A stretch of DNA of 32,000 bases from Ignicoccus islandicus DSM 13165 (GCF_001481685.1 NZ_CP006867.1:540001-572000), one strand, 5' to 3'. Positions 1-9,242 are shown, counted from the stretch's first letter. The notes: generated by a model from the letters alone, not told the origin. Numbers and translations: made by a program.

Positions 1-1543
1 CGTACTCCCTGACTTCCGGGTAGTGCTTTAAGTCGTTCATGAAGAGCTTCGCTGCCGCTGTTTCACCTGGTACTTCCTCAACGTTGAATGGTTCACCCAT
101 TTCAACGGTAAGCCTCGAAGCAATATCTGCCATCCTCTTTATCATTTCATCTTCTAGTTGAATAGCCTTCTCTTTAGTACCAACGTCCTCGCTCGTCCAG
201 ACCTCGGGGTCACCTAGCAAGATGGCTGCTGCTTCGGGCATGCCTATTGCACCAATGGTATTGAAGTGCGTCTTAGTCCACTCGGGGCTGTATTCCCAGA
301 CCATGCTGTAGAAGTTTCTGTAGTTCTTCATCAGCCTCAAGTAGTGAGCTCTCCACCAGCTAAGCCATTTAGCAACTAACTCTACTCTTTCTTCAAGGAT
401 GTTGAAGAACGTATCAACGTCTCCCCTTGCATCGAGGGCGATTCTAGGTAGGTTAACCGTGACGACGCCTATACTACCAGTTATGTCTGGAATTGCCCAC
501 ATCCCACCGAGTCTGCCCTTTGCTAGCCTTTCGAGCTCTTCTTTCCTCTGATCTTCTAAGCTCTTTAAGCGGAGGCCGCCGAGCAATGCCTTGTTAACGT
601 CGTCCTTCTTGACTACATATCTACAGCACATTGCGAAGGCTGAATCTGGATCAATCACCTTTGTGTTTAGCCAGTAGTAGCTTCCCATCTTAGCTGCCGT
701 TCCGAATATTGCATCGAAGAGCTCGGCGTCATTATAGAAGTCCTTGGCAGTGGGCATCAAAGTAGGAATGGGGAAGGTGAACGGTTGCCTCTGAGCGTCC
801 CCTCTTTGAAGTACCTTACCTAGTTGTATTAACCACCTCCTAGCTTCGTCTAGGTAGTCGCCTAGAAGATCGCCGGTGGAGGCGCCTCCATTTACAGCTG
901 GTTGATCTAACATATACTTACTCTCGGTATACGTCACAGTGATGTTAGTGAAAGGCGTTTGCATTCCTGGCCTCCATGGCAAGTTAAGTTCGTAATATAA
1001 GGTCTGAATACCTTGTCTTATCTCCTCATCGCTGAGGTGTTCCTTTGCTATGAAGGGAGCGACCCAAAGTTCTAAACTTCCATACGCTTGAGCACCTGTC
1101 CAGTATTGTTGCATCATGGCAAGGAAGTTAGCCGCATGGGCCATCGCAACTTGGTAATGCCTAGCGGGACCCGCAACTATAGTAGGGGTCTTGAGTCCCT
1201 TCTTTAACACTCTCGAATAGTCGTTACCGTTACAGTAGGGGAGGAATACGCTTTGCGGTAGCTTGTGAACATATACTATACCCTCCTTATGTGCAGAAAT
1301 CATGTCCTTTGGCATGACTTCCTCAACGACGCTCTCCCATAGATACCTCTCAGCAGCCTCGAGAAGCAACTTGTTTGGACCTTGGTACTCGTTGCTGTTT
1401 ACGCTTCTCCCCATGAGGTCCTCTAAAGTTGTGCTAGGCTGCTTAGAGTTAGTGAAGCCCAATTGCGTTAGGTGATCGCCTTTCTTCTTAGGTATTTGCA
1501 TCCTCATACCCGATTCCCAATACTTACTAGCACTATGCTCCAT
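1..1543 (-). CDS. nrdD: anaerobic ribonucleoside-triphosphate reductase (class III RNR, NrdD), N-terminal ~514 codons; C-terminus runs off the window
   Basis: Absent from the ORF track because it is open to the window edge. My translation of the minus strand from ATG (cat 1541-1543) gives MEHSASKYWESG...KEGIVYVHKLPQSVFLPYCNGNDY...YWTGAQAYGSLELWVAPF...FTFPIPTL...AFAMCCRY...GSIGVVTVNLPRIA...NVEEVPGETAAAKL with no stop down to base 1. These blocks match NrdD motifs as I remember them. Confidence 0.8.
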   Translation of the reverse strand, partial: MEHSASKYWESGMRMQIPKKKGDHLTQLGFTNSKQPSTTLEDLMGRSVNSNEYQGPNKLLLEAAERYLWESVVEEVMPKDMISAHKEGIVYVHKLPQSVFLPYCNGNDYSRVLKKGLKTPTIVAGPARHYQVAMAHAANFLAMMQQYWTGAQAYGSLELWVAPFIAKEHLSDEEIRQGIQTLYYELNLPWRPGMQTPFTNITVTYTESKYMLDQPAVNGGASTGDLLGDYLDEARRWLIQLGKVLQRGDAQRQPFTFPIPTLMPTAKDFYNDAELFDAIFGTAAKMGSYYWLNTKVIDPDSAFAMCCRYVVKKDDVNKALLGGLRLKSLEDQRKEELERLAKGRLGGMWAIPDITGSIGVVTVNLPRIALDARGDVDTFFNILEERVELVAKWLSWWRAHYLRLMKNYRNFYSMVWEYSPEWTKTHFNTIGAIGMPEAAAILLGDPEVWTSEDVGTKEKAIQLEDEMIKRMADIASRLTVEMGEPFNVEEVPGETAAAKLFMNDLKHYPEVREY

Positions 1544-1692
1544 TTTCAGAGGGGTCGTCGTATTATCGGAATATTACTAGGTGACACAAATGTAAGACCG
1601 CGTATTCGACTTTATATCCAAGTTTTGTAAGGAGAATTCGTTCAGTTCACTTTCACCAAACTCTCTAGCTTTAAGAGGTATCAATCGAAGTA

Positions 1693-2058
1693 TCAATCAC
1701 CGAAGAGCGTCTCGCGAAATTGCTTTAGATCGTTTATCTCCTCAAGTATCATTTCTTGGGGAACGTTAACGCGTCCTTTCAGACTCATTTTTAGAAGTTC
1801 CTCTAAGATCTCCTTCTCGTCTTCAATGCCTACGAGCCTATAGTACTTCCTTAGTAACTCGAAATCTTCCCCTTCGCCCTCATTCATCTCTCTAAGAGAC
1901 CTCCTTAGTTCCCTTAAACGAGTTAGGATTTCAATTATTCTATTGTCTATCCCATCATCGCTTGGCAACTCCTTCAGCATTTCTATTATATCTTGGAGCT
2001 CTTCAAGCAATTTTATTTGCTCTTCGGATGCCTTCAAATAGTCCCCAAATGGAATCAC
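1693..2058 (-). CDS. hypothetical acidic, helical (coiled-coil-like) protein, 121 aa
   Basis: ORF track. GTG start preceded by purine-rich GGGGAGGG 3-4 nt upstream, with its own TATA-like box (2095-2109). Glu/Leu/Lys-rich composition. No family recognised. Confidence 0.55.
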   Translation of the reverse strand: MIPFGDYLKASEEQIKLLEELQDIIEMLKELPSDDGIDNRIIEILTRLRELRRSLREMNEGEGEDFELLRKYYRLVGIEDEKEILEELLKMSLKGRVNVPQEMILEEINDLKQFRETLFGD

Positions 2059-2094
2059 GATCCCTCCCCGCGAGTTTCACTTCTTCCCTATCCG

Positions 2095-2109
2095 AAATTT
2101 AAATATAGG
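2095..2109 (-). promoter_or_regulatory. TATA-like box (minus-strand TATATTTAAATTT) upstream of the 121-aa gene
   Basis: AT-rich box in the 54-nt spacer between the ABCE1 stop and GTG 2058, centred about 44 nt upstream of the start codon. Confidence 0.4.
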
Positions 2110-2112
2110 TAG

Positions 2113-3915
2113 CTACTCCTTGCTAGGCAGAGTATAGTAGTATTCTCCTATTGATTTCTGATATCGGTCTAAACGGCTACCCTCCTTATTTACTCTAGGT
2201 CTACCTGTCTCGGCATCTCTTCTGAACGTTACACCTAGTTCCTTCAAGAATTCATTCATTCCTCGTCTCAAGCTCATGGGTGGTAATGCATGACCGCGTT
2301 TACCGGGAGTTCCTTGGAATATCATGACCCTTGTAGCTATCAAGTCCATGATTACCAGGTCGTGATCAACGACAAAGGCCGTTACCCCCTTACTTTCTAC
2401 AACGTGACGTATAGCATTTCCCACGGCTAGCCTCTCTTCTACATCTAGGAACGCAGAAGGTTCATCAAAGAGATAAACGTCTGCATCCAAACCTAAAGCG
2501 ACTGCCACTGCCACCTTTTGGAGCTCACCGCCGGAAAGTCCCTTTATCTCTTTTTCCAATAACTTATTCAAACCTAAGCGCTTAACCACTTCTACGTAGT
2601 ACCAAGAAGAGGTATCCAAGAAGTCCTCTCGGACCCTCTTCAGGAGCTCCTTGACCGTTCCAAATCGTTTAAACATTTCTGGTGACACGTACTGAGGCTT
2701 ATAGGAGAGCTTGAGACCTTCGGTTGGAACGAATCCTTCGTCGGGCTTCAGTTCACCTACTAACATTCTAATGAATGTAGTTTTACCTATTCCGTTAGGA
2801 CCTAGTATTCCAATGACTTCTCCTCTCCTAGCATCACCGGGCTCTACCTCTAGTTCGAAATCACCAATCCTCTTGAACATCCTATCCCAGGTCAAATATA
2901 CTTCTGTTGGAAGGAACTTCTCCCTCGCTTCAGGGGTTTCGAACCTTATTGGTCTATCCCTTATTCTCATATTTTCTGAAGGTAAGTAGCCCTTTATGTA
3001 GTGATTGATGCCCACCCTAACGCTATAGGGTTGAGACACTATACCATAGACACCAGGAACGCCATATATTACGTGAACGAGATCGGAGATGTAGTCAAGC
3101 ACAGCAAGATCGTGCTCTATAACTAATACATAGCGATTCCTTGGTATTAAGTTCCTTATAGCTCTAGCTGCAGATAACCTCTCCTTGACATCGAGGTACG
3201 CTGTGGGTTCGTCGAAAGCATATACGTCCACGTCTTTCTCAATGACTGCTGCAATTAGAAGCCGCTGCATCTCACCTCCCGAAAGGTTTCTTACATCTCT
3301 ATTAAGGAGATGAGTTAGGTTTAGTTGCTCAACTACTTCTCTAAATACCCCTCTTTCATCAGCCTTCTTAAGTAGCTCACCTACAGTTCCTTTGAGTAAC
3401 TTCGCTGCTTGGGTTATGTATTGCGGCTTGTATACAGCCCTTATCTTACCATCTCTCAAGTCTTTAATGTAGTTAAATAACTCAGTTCCCTTGAACTTAG
3501 ATAGAACTTCGTCCCAACTGGCTTCCTTCTTCCCGAGATTGGGTTTCAAAATTCCGGTTAGAATCTTCATTGAAGTACTCTTACCAGCACCGTTCCTTCC
3601 TATAATGCCAATAACTTCATTTCTCTTAGGTATTGGTAGGCCATAGAGAGCGAAGCCGTTCTCACCATACCTATGCACTAGTTTGTCCTCTATCTCTTCG
3701 GGTAGATTTTCAATATGGATTGCACCGAATGGGCACTTCTTAATACATATACCGCAACCTGTACAAACGTCTTCGTATATTACCGGTTTACCATCCTCAC
3801 CTAGCTCTATTGCCTTCTTCACTCCACTTTTATTTATTGGACAGAACCTTATGCACTCGTAGTTACATTTGTTAGGCTTGCAAAGATCTTTGTCGATAAC
3901 TGCTATTCTTACCAT
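2113..3915 (-). CDS. abce1: ABCE1 / RNase L inhibitor-type ribosome recycling ATPase (N-terminal 2x[4Fe-4S] domain plus two ABC cassettes)
   Basis: 600 aa. N-terminus CKPNKCNYECIRFCP and CTGCGICIKKCP (Fe-S domain). Two Walker A sites GRNGAGKST and GPNGIGKTT. Two ABC signatures LSGGEMQR and LSGGELQK. Confidence 0.96.
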   Translation of the reverse strand: MVRIAVIDKDLCKPNKCNYECIRFCPINKSGVKKAIELGEDGKPVIYEDVCTGCGICIKKCPFGAIHIENLPEEIEDKLVHRYGENGFALYGLPIPKRNEVIGIIGRNGAGKSTSMKILTGILKPNLGKKEASWDEVLSKFKGTELFNYIKDLRDGKIRAVYKPQYITQAAKLLKGTVGELLKKADERGVFREVVEQLNLTHLLNRDVRNLSGGEMQRLLIAAVIEKDVDVYAFDEPTAYLDVKERLSAARAIRNLIPRNRYVLVIEHDLAVLDYISDLVHVIYGVPGVYGIVSQPYSVRVGINHYIKGYLPSENMRIRDRPIRFETPEAREKFLPTEVYLTWDRMFKRIGDFELEVEPGDARRGEVIGILGPNGIGKTTFIRMLVGELKPDEGFVPTEGLKLSYKPQYVSPEMFKRFGTVKELLKRVREDFLDTSSWYYVEVVKRLGLNKLLEKEIKGLSGGELQKVAVAVALGLDADVYLFDEPSAFLDVEERLAVGNAIRHVVESKGVTAFVVDHDLVIMDLIATRVMIFQGTPGKRGHALPPMSLRRGMNEFLKELGVTFRRDAETGRPRVNKEGSRLDRYQKSIGEYYYTLPSKE

Positions 3916-3922
3916 TCGTTAA

Positions 3923-5122
3923 TTACCCATCGTGATGCTTGAGCGATTCTAACTTAACTCTTAGGGCTTCAGCATGGTATTTCATACCCTCTAATTCAGC
4001 GATCTTGATCGCTAGTTCAATTAACTTAATCGATTCGGGATAGCTCTTGACTATTGCCATCCATCGGTAGAAGTCTAGAGGGGAAAGGGGTCCTCTAGCT
4101 CTCGCCCATTTAGAAGTAGGCAGAACGTGGTTAGGGCCTGCGGAGTAATCAATTAATGGACTAGGGGTCTTGATACTTATCGCACCGCTTATAGGTAGTT
4201 CGAAGGAATCAACGAACGAGCTGACGTGTTCGGGTGCGATCTCGTTGGTTATCTCTATCGCTTCACTAATATTTCTGACGACGTAGGAGTATAAATTATC
4301 GTGTTCAAAATCTGAGACGAGGTCACTTACTTTCTCTTCTAGCTCAGTCGATGTAGTTAAGAGGAGTGCGAAGCTCAGTGGTCCGTGTTCCGCTTGAGCC
4401 ATCATATCGTACGCCACTTCCTTAGGGTTCGCTGTTTCATCGGCTATTACGACCAATTCCGTGGGTCCAGCGATCATATCAATTGGTACGTCAACGCTTA
4501 CGAGAACCTTACCCGCTTGAACGTATGGTCCTCCTGGTCCTACTATTTTATGAACTTTAGCCACGTATGCAAGTGCCGCGATGCCGTGAGCACCACCCGC
4601 TAGTATTACTTCATCTACGTCGGATGCAACGAGAGCGGCTCTAACGGCGGGATTGAACGCCGCCTTAGGTGGCGTACTCACAATTACTTCTCTTACACCA
4701 AGTCTTTTAGCCAATCCAGCCGTCATTAAGATCGTAGAAGGGTACGGAAATATACCTCCGGGTGAATAAACTCCCAGTCGTTTAATAGGAAACCAGAGAA
4801 TTTCGCCCGCTATTCCATTGCTTCGAATGGATGAATTGGGAGGGAGGACTGACCTATTAAAGGCCTCTAGCTGATCTAAGACTTCTTGAAAGACATTTAC
4901 AAGTTCCTCATCAACATTTCTCTGTAACTCATTTTTCTCTAATATTAGTTTCTCACCGTCGTAGTTATCGAATTTTTTGACGTATTTGGAGAGAGCTTCC
5001 ATACCGTTTAGCCTTATCTCTTTGACAACGTCTTTCACTTTCTCCATGTAATCCCATAGATCCATTTTCCTTTCTATTATAGGTTCTAATTGCTTCTTGT
5101 TTCTTAAGCGTTTTAATGACAT
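3923..5122 (-). CDS. hisD: histidinol dehydrogenase
   Basis: 399 aa. Blocks IAGPTELVVIADETANP and AQAEHGPLS plus a C-terminal DYSAGPNHVLPT-type motif are typical of HisD. Confidence 0.93.
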   Translation of the reverse strand: MSLKRLRNKKQLEPIIERKMDLWDYMEKVKDVVKEIRLNGMEALSKYVKKFDNYDGEKLILEKNELQRNVDEELVNVFQEVLDQLEAFNRSVLPPNSSIRSNGIAGEILWFPIKRLGVYSPGGIFPYPSTILMTAGLAKRLGVREVIVSTPPKAAFNPAVRAALVASDVDEVILAGGAHGIAALAYVAKVHKIVGPGGPYVQAGKVLVSVDVPIDMIAGPTELVVIADETANPKEVAYDMMAQAEHGPLSFALLLTTSTELEEKVSDLVSDFEHDNLYSYVVRNISEAIEITNEIAPEHVSSFVDSFELPISGAISIKTPSPLIDYSAGPNHVLPTSKWARARGPLSPLDFYRWMAIVKSYPESIKLIELAIKIAELEGMKYHAEALRVKLESLKHHDG

Positions 5123-5196
5123 GGTACTTCACCATGAAATCTAATTTTCGGTACCCGGCCTATCAAACGTTAATCTAGATTAAAGCAATTATAGAA

Positions 5197-5871
5197 GTGG
5201 AGGTCCCTGTGAAAGTTAAAGTTAAGTTTTATTCAGTATATCGAGACAAGCTAGGCGAGGAAAAAGAGTACGAACTAAGGGAAGGAGCGACCGTTAGTGA
5301 CCTTCTGGAAATTTTAAAAGAAGAACTCGGCGAACTCTATGAATTAGCCAAACCAGTGGTTTTAGTCAATAAGAGATATGCCGACGAAAGGGAGCCGCTT
5401 AGTGAGGAGTATCGGATTGACGTAATACCACCGGCCGCCGGGGGGAGAAGGAGAGCTATTGTAACATTCGATAAAGATATAGATGTGAATGAAGTAATAA
5501 AAGATTTATCTAACCCGGAAAGCGGAGCCATTGTTTTATTCGTTGGATTCGTCAAATCGAAAGGAGGTCTCGTCAAAGAGTTAGTCTACGAAGCCCACGA
5601 AGATTTAGAAAAATTCATTGAAGAGAAGATAGATGAAGTTGTTAGGGAGAGAAACTTAATTGATGCTTTAGTAGTTCAGTTCTTAGGACCTAGAAAGGTC
5701 GGAGAGAAAACTCTAATTGTCGCGACCTCTGCCACGAGCAGGGAAGAGGCGTTTCAAGGGGCAAGGGAGCTCTTGGAAAAAATGAAGCACGAGGTTCCAA
5801 TTTGGAAACTAGAGAGGAGGGTTGACGGTGAATATTGGTTGGTTGGAGATAAGGAATTAAAGAGGCTCTGA
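5197..5871 (+). CDS. moaDE: fused molybdopterin synthase: MoaD-like small subunit (ends ...PPAAGG) joined in frame to MoaE-like large subunit
   Basis: Residues 1-82 are a ThiS/MoaD beta-grasp with the diagnostic C-terminal Gly-Gly. The rest carries MoaE blocks GAIVLFVGFVKS, LVYEAH, ATSATSREEAFQGA and EVPIWKLE. GTG start (an alternative GTG lies 4 codons downstream). Confidence 0.88.
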   Translation: MEVPVKVKVKFYSVYRDKLGEEKEYELREGATVSDLLEILKEELGELYELAKPVVLVNKRYADEREPLSEEYRIDVIPPAAGGRRRAIVTFDKDIDVNEVIKDLSNPESGAIVLFVGFVKSKGGLVKELVYEAHEDLEKFIEEKIDEVVRERNLIDALVVQFLGPRKVGEKTLIVATSATSREEAFQGARELLEKMKHEVPIWKLERRVDGEYWLVGDKELKRL

Positions 5872-5921
5872 AGCTGGACCTACCTCATCCACTCGGGACC
5901 GGCCAAGTTTCTTCACAGCCT

Positions 5922-6164
5922 TTACAAGTGCTTTGCAACGATGAACGATGTCGTAGTCCTTATAACTCCTGGCAGCTTAAGAACCTTTTCTCTTAGTATT
6001 TTAGCTAACTCAGTATAGTTACTGGCCTCCATCTTTATAACGAAATCATACGTTCCGGTTACCTCATATATCTCCTTCACGCCATCTATCTGCTTTAGCT
6101 TATCTGGAAGTTCCGTTACCCTTGACGGCTCTACTGTCATAAAGACGAGTGCTTGGACTGCCAC
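5922..6164 (-). CDS. stand-alone RAM domain protein (Lrp/AsnC ligand-binding domain without HTH), 80 aa
   Basis: Beta-alpha-beta-beta-alpha-beta pattern ALVFMTVEP...IDGVKEIYEVTGTYDFVIKMEA...LPGVIRTTTSF is typical of the AsnC_trans_reg/RAM fold. GTG start keeps the first beta strand. Confidence 0.8.
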   Translation of the reverse strand: MAVQALVFMTVEPSRVTELPDKLKQIDGVKEIYEVTGTYDFVIKMEASNYTELAKILREKVLKLPGVIRTTTSFIVAKHL

Positions 6165-6172
6165 GTATCTCA

Positions 6173-6189
6173 GCCCACTGGAAGTGGGC
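6173..6189. promoter_or_regulatory. perfect 6-bp inverted repeat GCCCAC-n5-GTGGGC just upstream of the RAM-domain gene start
   Basis: Read directly: gcccac tggaa gtgggc. It lies between a TATA-like box (about 6197-6206) and GTG 6164, i.e. over the expected transcription start in the divergent spacer shared with the AAA+ gene. Confidence 0.3.
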
Positions 6190-6262
6190 CTAGATGGTTA
6201 TATTTGTATTAGTCAGTCGTTTAGTCATAAAGGTTTGTCCACGGAATTAAGGCGGATGAGAA

Positions 6263-7474
6263 ATGGAAATTTCGGTTAACGAAGTAATAGAAATGATATT
6301 GAAGTTCATGAGAAGTTATCAGAAAACGGGGGAGACACCGGGCATACTGCTCTTAGGTGCACCGGGCATAGGTAAAAGCGAAGCAATAGTTGAAAGCGCG
6401 CGTATAATGGCAAACGAAATGGGTCTTCATTTCTGGATATATGAAAGTAGAAAGGAACCAGAGAAACCTCTAAGCGAAACTTTTACCTTGGTTGCACTGA
6501 GATTGGATATGATAAAACCAGAGGACCTAACCGGAATACCGCAAATCCATGGTGACGAAGAAGTCTTCGATTACAAACTCCCTAGATGGGTCAAAGTTTT
6601 ACGAGAATCGGCAGGGGGCATGTTGTTCCTAGATGAGTTCACGAACGTTGCTGACGATACTTTGATGAGCGCAGCATTCGAGATACTACTCAACAAAAGC
6701 GTAAATATGTACAAGTTTAACAAGCTAGTAGTGGCGGCGGGTAATCCCCCTGAATATAGTACGTTAGCTAGACCACTCCCTCTACCATTACTTTCCGGAA
6801 GGCTTGCAGTATTTTACGTAAGAGCACCTAAATTAGAAGAATGGCTCGATTACATGCAAGAAAAATATGGAGAGAATTGGGCACCTGAGGTTTATTCGTT
6901 CTTGGTTCAACATCCAAACTTGTTCCTATCTGTTCCAAGTGAAGGAGAGGGACTGGAACCGTTCCCGACGCCGAGGGCTTGGTCGAAATTAGCTATAGAG
7001 CTTCAAACGTCTTGGAGGGATGAGATCGATAAACTACGAGAGGAGTCTCCAGTTGAGTCATCCGCTCATGCTCGAAGCAAGAAGGTAGGTATCGCAGGGA
7101 AACTTACTGCATTAGCGAGTGCCTTCGTAGGTAAGGAGGCTGGTACTCTATTCGTTGCATGGCTCCGTGTGAAACCACCTTCGCTCGAGGACGTTCTAAA
7201 ATCTCCTGAGCTAATAAAAGAGCTAAATGAAGAGCAGAAATACATGTTGATAACGCAGCTAGTTAATTCGTTGAATAGACCTAAATGGAAGGATAGGACC
7301 TATTATGTAATAAATGCTTTCAACAAGGTAAACGAAGTCAAGTACGCCGTAATGGCTCTGCGTTTGCTCCCAAAGAAAAAGAGAAGCGAATTTATGAGCT
7401 ATCTCAAAGATCGCGATAAGAAATTATGGAATAAACTCAATTTCGAGCTCAGATTAGCTAGAGTTTGGCACTAA
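6263..7474 (+). CDS. MoxR-like (AAA_5/COG0714-type) AAA+ ATPase with an unassigned ~150-aa C-terminal region
   Basis: Walker A LLLGAPGIGKSEA, Walker B MLFLDEFTN, sensor-1 VVAAGNPPE, Arg-finger region LLSGRL, sensor-2-like PTPRAW. 403 aa. Confidence 0.8.
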   Translation: MEISVNEVIEMILKFMRSYQKTGETPGILLLGAPGIGKSEAIVESARIMANEMGLHFWIYESRKEPEKPLSETFTLVALRLDMIKPEDLTGIPQIHGDEEVFDYKLPRWVKVLRESAGGMLFLDEFTNVADDTLMSAAFEILLNKSVNMYKFNKLVVAAGNPPEYSTLARPLPLPLLSGRLAVFYVRAPKLEEWLDYMQEKYGENWAPEVYSFLVQHPNLFLSVPSEGEGLEPFPTPRAWSKLAIELQTSWRDEIDKLREESPVESSAHARSKKVGIAGKLTALASAFVGKEAGTLFVAWLRVKPPSLEDVLKSPELIKELNEEQKYMLITQLVNSLNRPKWKDRTYYVINAFNKVNEVKYAVMALRLLPKKKRSEFMSYLKDRDKKLWNKLNFELRLARVWH

Positions 7475-9242
7475 CTGCCACTTCTTTTTGGCTCCTTTCT
7501 TCTCTCATAACCTTCAAGAATTCCTTTAGGAGATAGAAGTTGAATATTAGTTCTACGATGGTTATCGCTTCGACCGCTGCGAGTGTAACGTTACCCTTCG
7601 CCGCAATGGTTACGGGAGCAATGTAGGCAACGTAAATGAGGAGCGCTAGGGTGACGGTAACCCATAGGAAGCCCGCTGGAGCCAAGACCGTAACTTGGTA
7701 TCTCTTTGGTGCCTTTAGGTCCTTTATAACCCATGCTGCAACGGTCATTAACGCTATGGAAGCTAGCATCTGATTAACGCCACTGAATGCAGGCCATAGA
7801 AGTAAGTAAGCTCCACTCCAAGCTAAACTGAAGCCTAACAACGCGGCGATTACTGAGCTGACCCACGCATTACCTAGTAGAGTCTTATCGAGCTTCAAGT
7901 CCTCCATTAGCTCGCTCCACGTGAACCTAGCTAGTCTTACTGTAGTATCTAGAGTCGTTAAAGCGAACGAAGTTATCCACAAGCCCGCGAATAACGCTAG
8001 TGTACTTATAGGTAGATGAAGGGCCGTTCCAACGGCCGCTCCGAAGGTCTTTGAGAATATACCGGCTGGACCACCGAAAGCGGACATAACTTTCGCGTAT
8101 TTGTTCCCGAATTCAACAGGGTTCGATAGTATTGCGGAAATTTCTTGAGGCTGAAGTTTTAATGTTATACCGTAAGCTGAGGGATTCGTTAGCATTAAAG
8201 GCAGCATAGCTGCTATCGAGGCGACTACTAGTGTAGACAAAAGGCCTTCTGCGAACATGGAACCGTAGCCTACTAAGAGACCGCTTAATTCGCTATCCAG
8301 CTGCTTGGAAGTAGTACCGCTGGCGACCAAGCTATGGAATCCGCTCAATGCACCGCAAGCTATTACTAAAGGTACTATTGGCCAGAAGGGAGAGGCAACG
8401 CCGAGCACAGGTGCCATGAAGCTAGTATAGGCTGGTACCTTTAATTCTCCAAATAAGACAACTAAGCCCACGACGCCTATAGCTAGGCCGAAATACAACA
8501 GCAGAGAGTTCATGAAGTCTCTGGGTTGTAAGAGAACCCATACTGGAAGACTAGCGGCAATTACAGTGTAAACTAACAAGACTACTATCCACTCGTTATA
8601 TGATAACTTTATAGGAAAGTTCTCCGCAACTAGGACGCTAATTAGTATGAAAAGCGCTGCCACTCCAGCCGCGTAGGTTGGCTTCAATGACTTTTGATAC
8701 ATTAGGTAACCTAGAACTAAAGCTAAAGCTATCTGAGTAAGCGACGCCGTTGCGACTACTGGTATTGCTGTGAACAGCTTGCCTATGACGGCACCGAAGG
8801 CCGCGATTACTAACAAGAGGGCGAAGTATATGAATATTGAGAAGGCCCTTCCCATGCTTTTACTTATCAACCTCCCAGATATCCACTGAATGCTCCTTCC
8901 GTCGTACCTTACACTAGCCATGAGAGATAGGTAGTCGTGTACTGCACCGACAAAGACGTTCCCAAACCATATCCAAAGTATTGGTAGGAGCCAACCCCAT
9001 CCCATTGCCATTGCCGGTCCGACTATGGGACCGGCACCTGCAATTGAAGCGAAGTGGTGGCCCATTAACACGTACTTGTTCGTTGGCACGAAGTCAACGC
9101 CGTCGAAGAATTTCTTCGCGGGAACTTCTCTTTCTGCGCTAGCCTTAACCACTTTCTTCTCGAGAACGTTGCGACCATAGAGAATATAGGTAGTAGCGTA
9201 AATTACGAGTGCTATTACAACCAGTAAAGTGGTAGTTATCAA
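7458..9242 (-). CDS. cstA: carbon starvation protein CstA family transporter (peptide/pyruvate uptake)
   Basis: 594-aa polytopic membrane protein with the CstA signature GHHFASIAGAGPIVGPAMAMGWGW. TTG start with GGTGA 5 nt upstream. Its 3' end overlaps the convergent AAA+ gene by 17 nt. Confidence 0.88.
   Translation of the reverse strand: MITTTLLVVIALVIYATTYILYGRNVLEKKVVKASAEREVPAKKFFDGVDFVPTNKYVLMGHHFASIAGAGPIVGPAMAMGWGWLLPILWIWFGNVFVGAVHDYLSLMASVRYDGRSIQWISGRLISKSMGRAFSIFIYFALLLVIAAFGAVIGKLFTAIPVVATASLTQIALALVLGYLMYQKSLKPTYAAGVAALFILISVLVAENFPIKLSYNEWIVVLLVYTVIAASLPVWVLLQPRDFMNSLLLYFGLAIGVVGLVVLFGELKVPAYTSFMAPVLGVASPFWPIVPLVIACGALSGFHSLVASGTTSKQLDSELSGLLVGYGSMFAEGLLSTLVVASIAAMLPLMLTNPSAYGITLKLQPQEISAILSNPVEFGNKYAKVMSAFGGPAGIFSKTFGAAVGTALHLPISTLALFAGLWITSFALTTLDTTVRLARFTWSELMEDLKLDKTLLGNAWVSSVIAALLGFSLAWSGAYLLLWPAFSGVNQMLASIALMTVAAWVIKDLKAPKRYQVTVLAPAGFLWVTVTLALLIYVAYIAPVTIAAKGNVTLAAVEAITIVELIFNFYLLKEFLKVMREERSQKEVAVSAKL

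Noticed and set aside
2711-2989. Antisense or shadow ORFs inside long genes (2711-2989, 4385-4603, 5337-5576, 9651-9875, 10074-10430, 11818-12051, 12756-13112, 14091-14303, 14296-14880, 16141-16431, 17391-17678, 17890-18165, 18360-18560, 18898-19191, 20921-21301, 21358-21558, 21399-21815, 21704-21913, 22687-22925 set, 24086-24310, 25045-25390 pair, 25805-26059, 26208-26567, 30849-31175, 31147-31395)
   Set aside because: Each lies opposite to, or out of frame within, a gene with clear family motifs. The translations are Ser/Leu/Pro-rich low-complexity strings typical of the reverse frame of Glu/Lys-rich genes.
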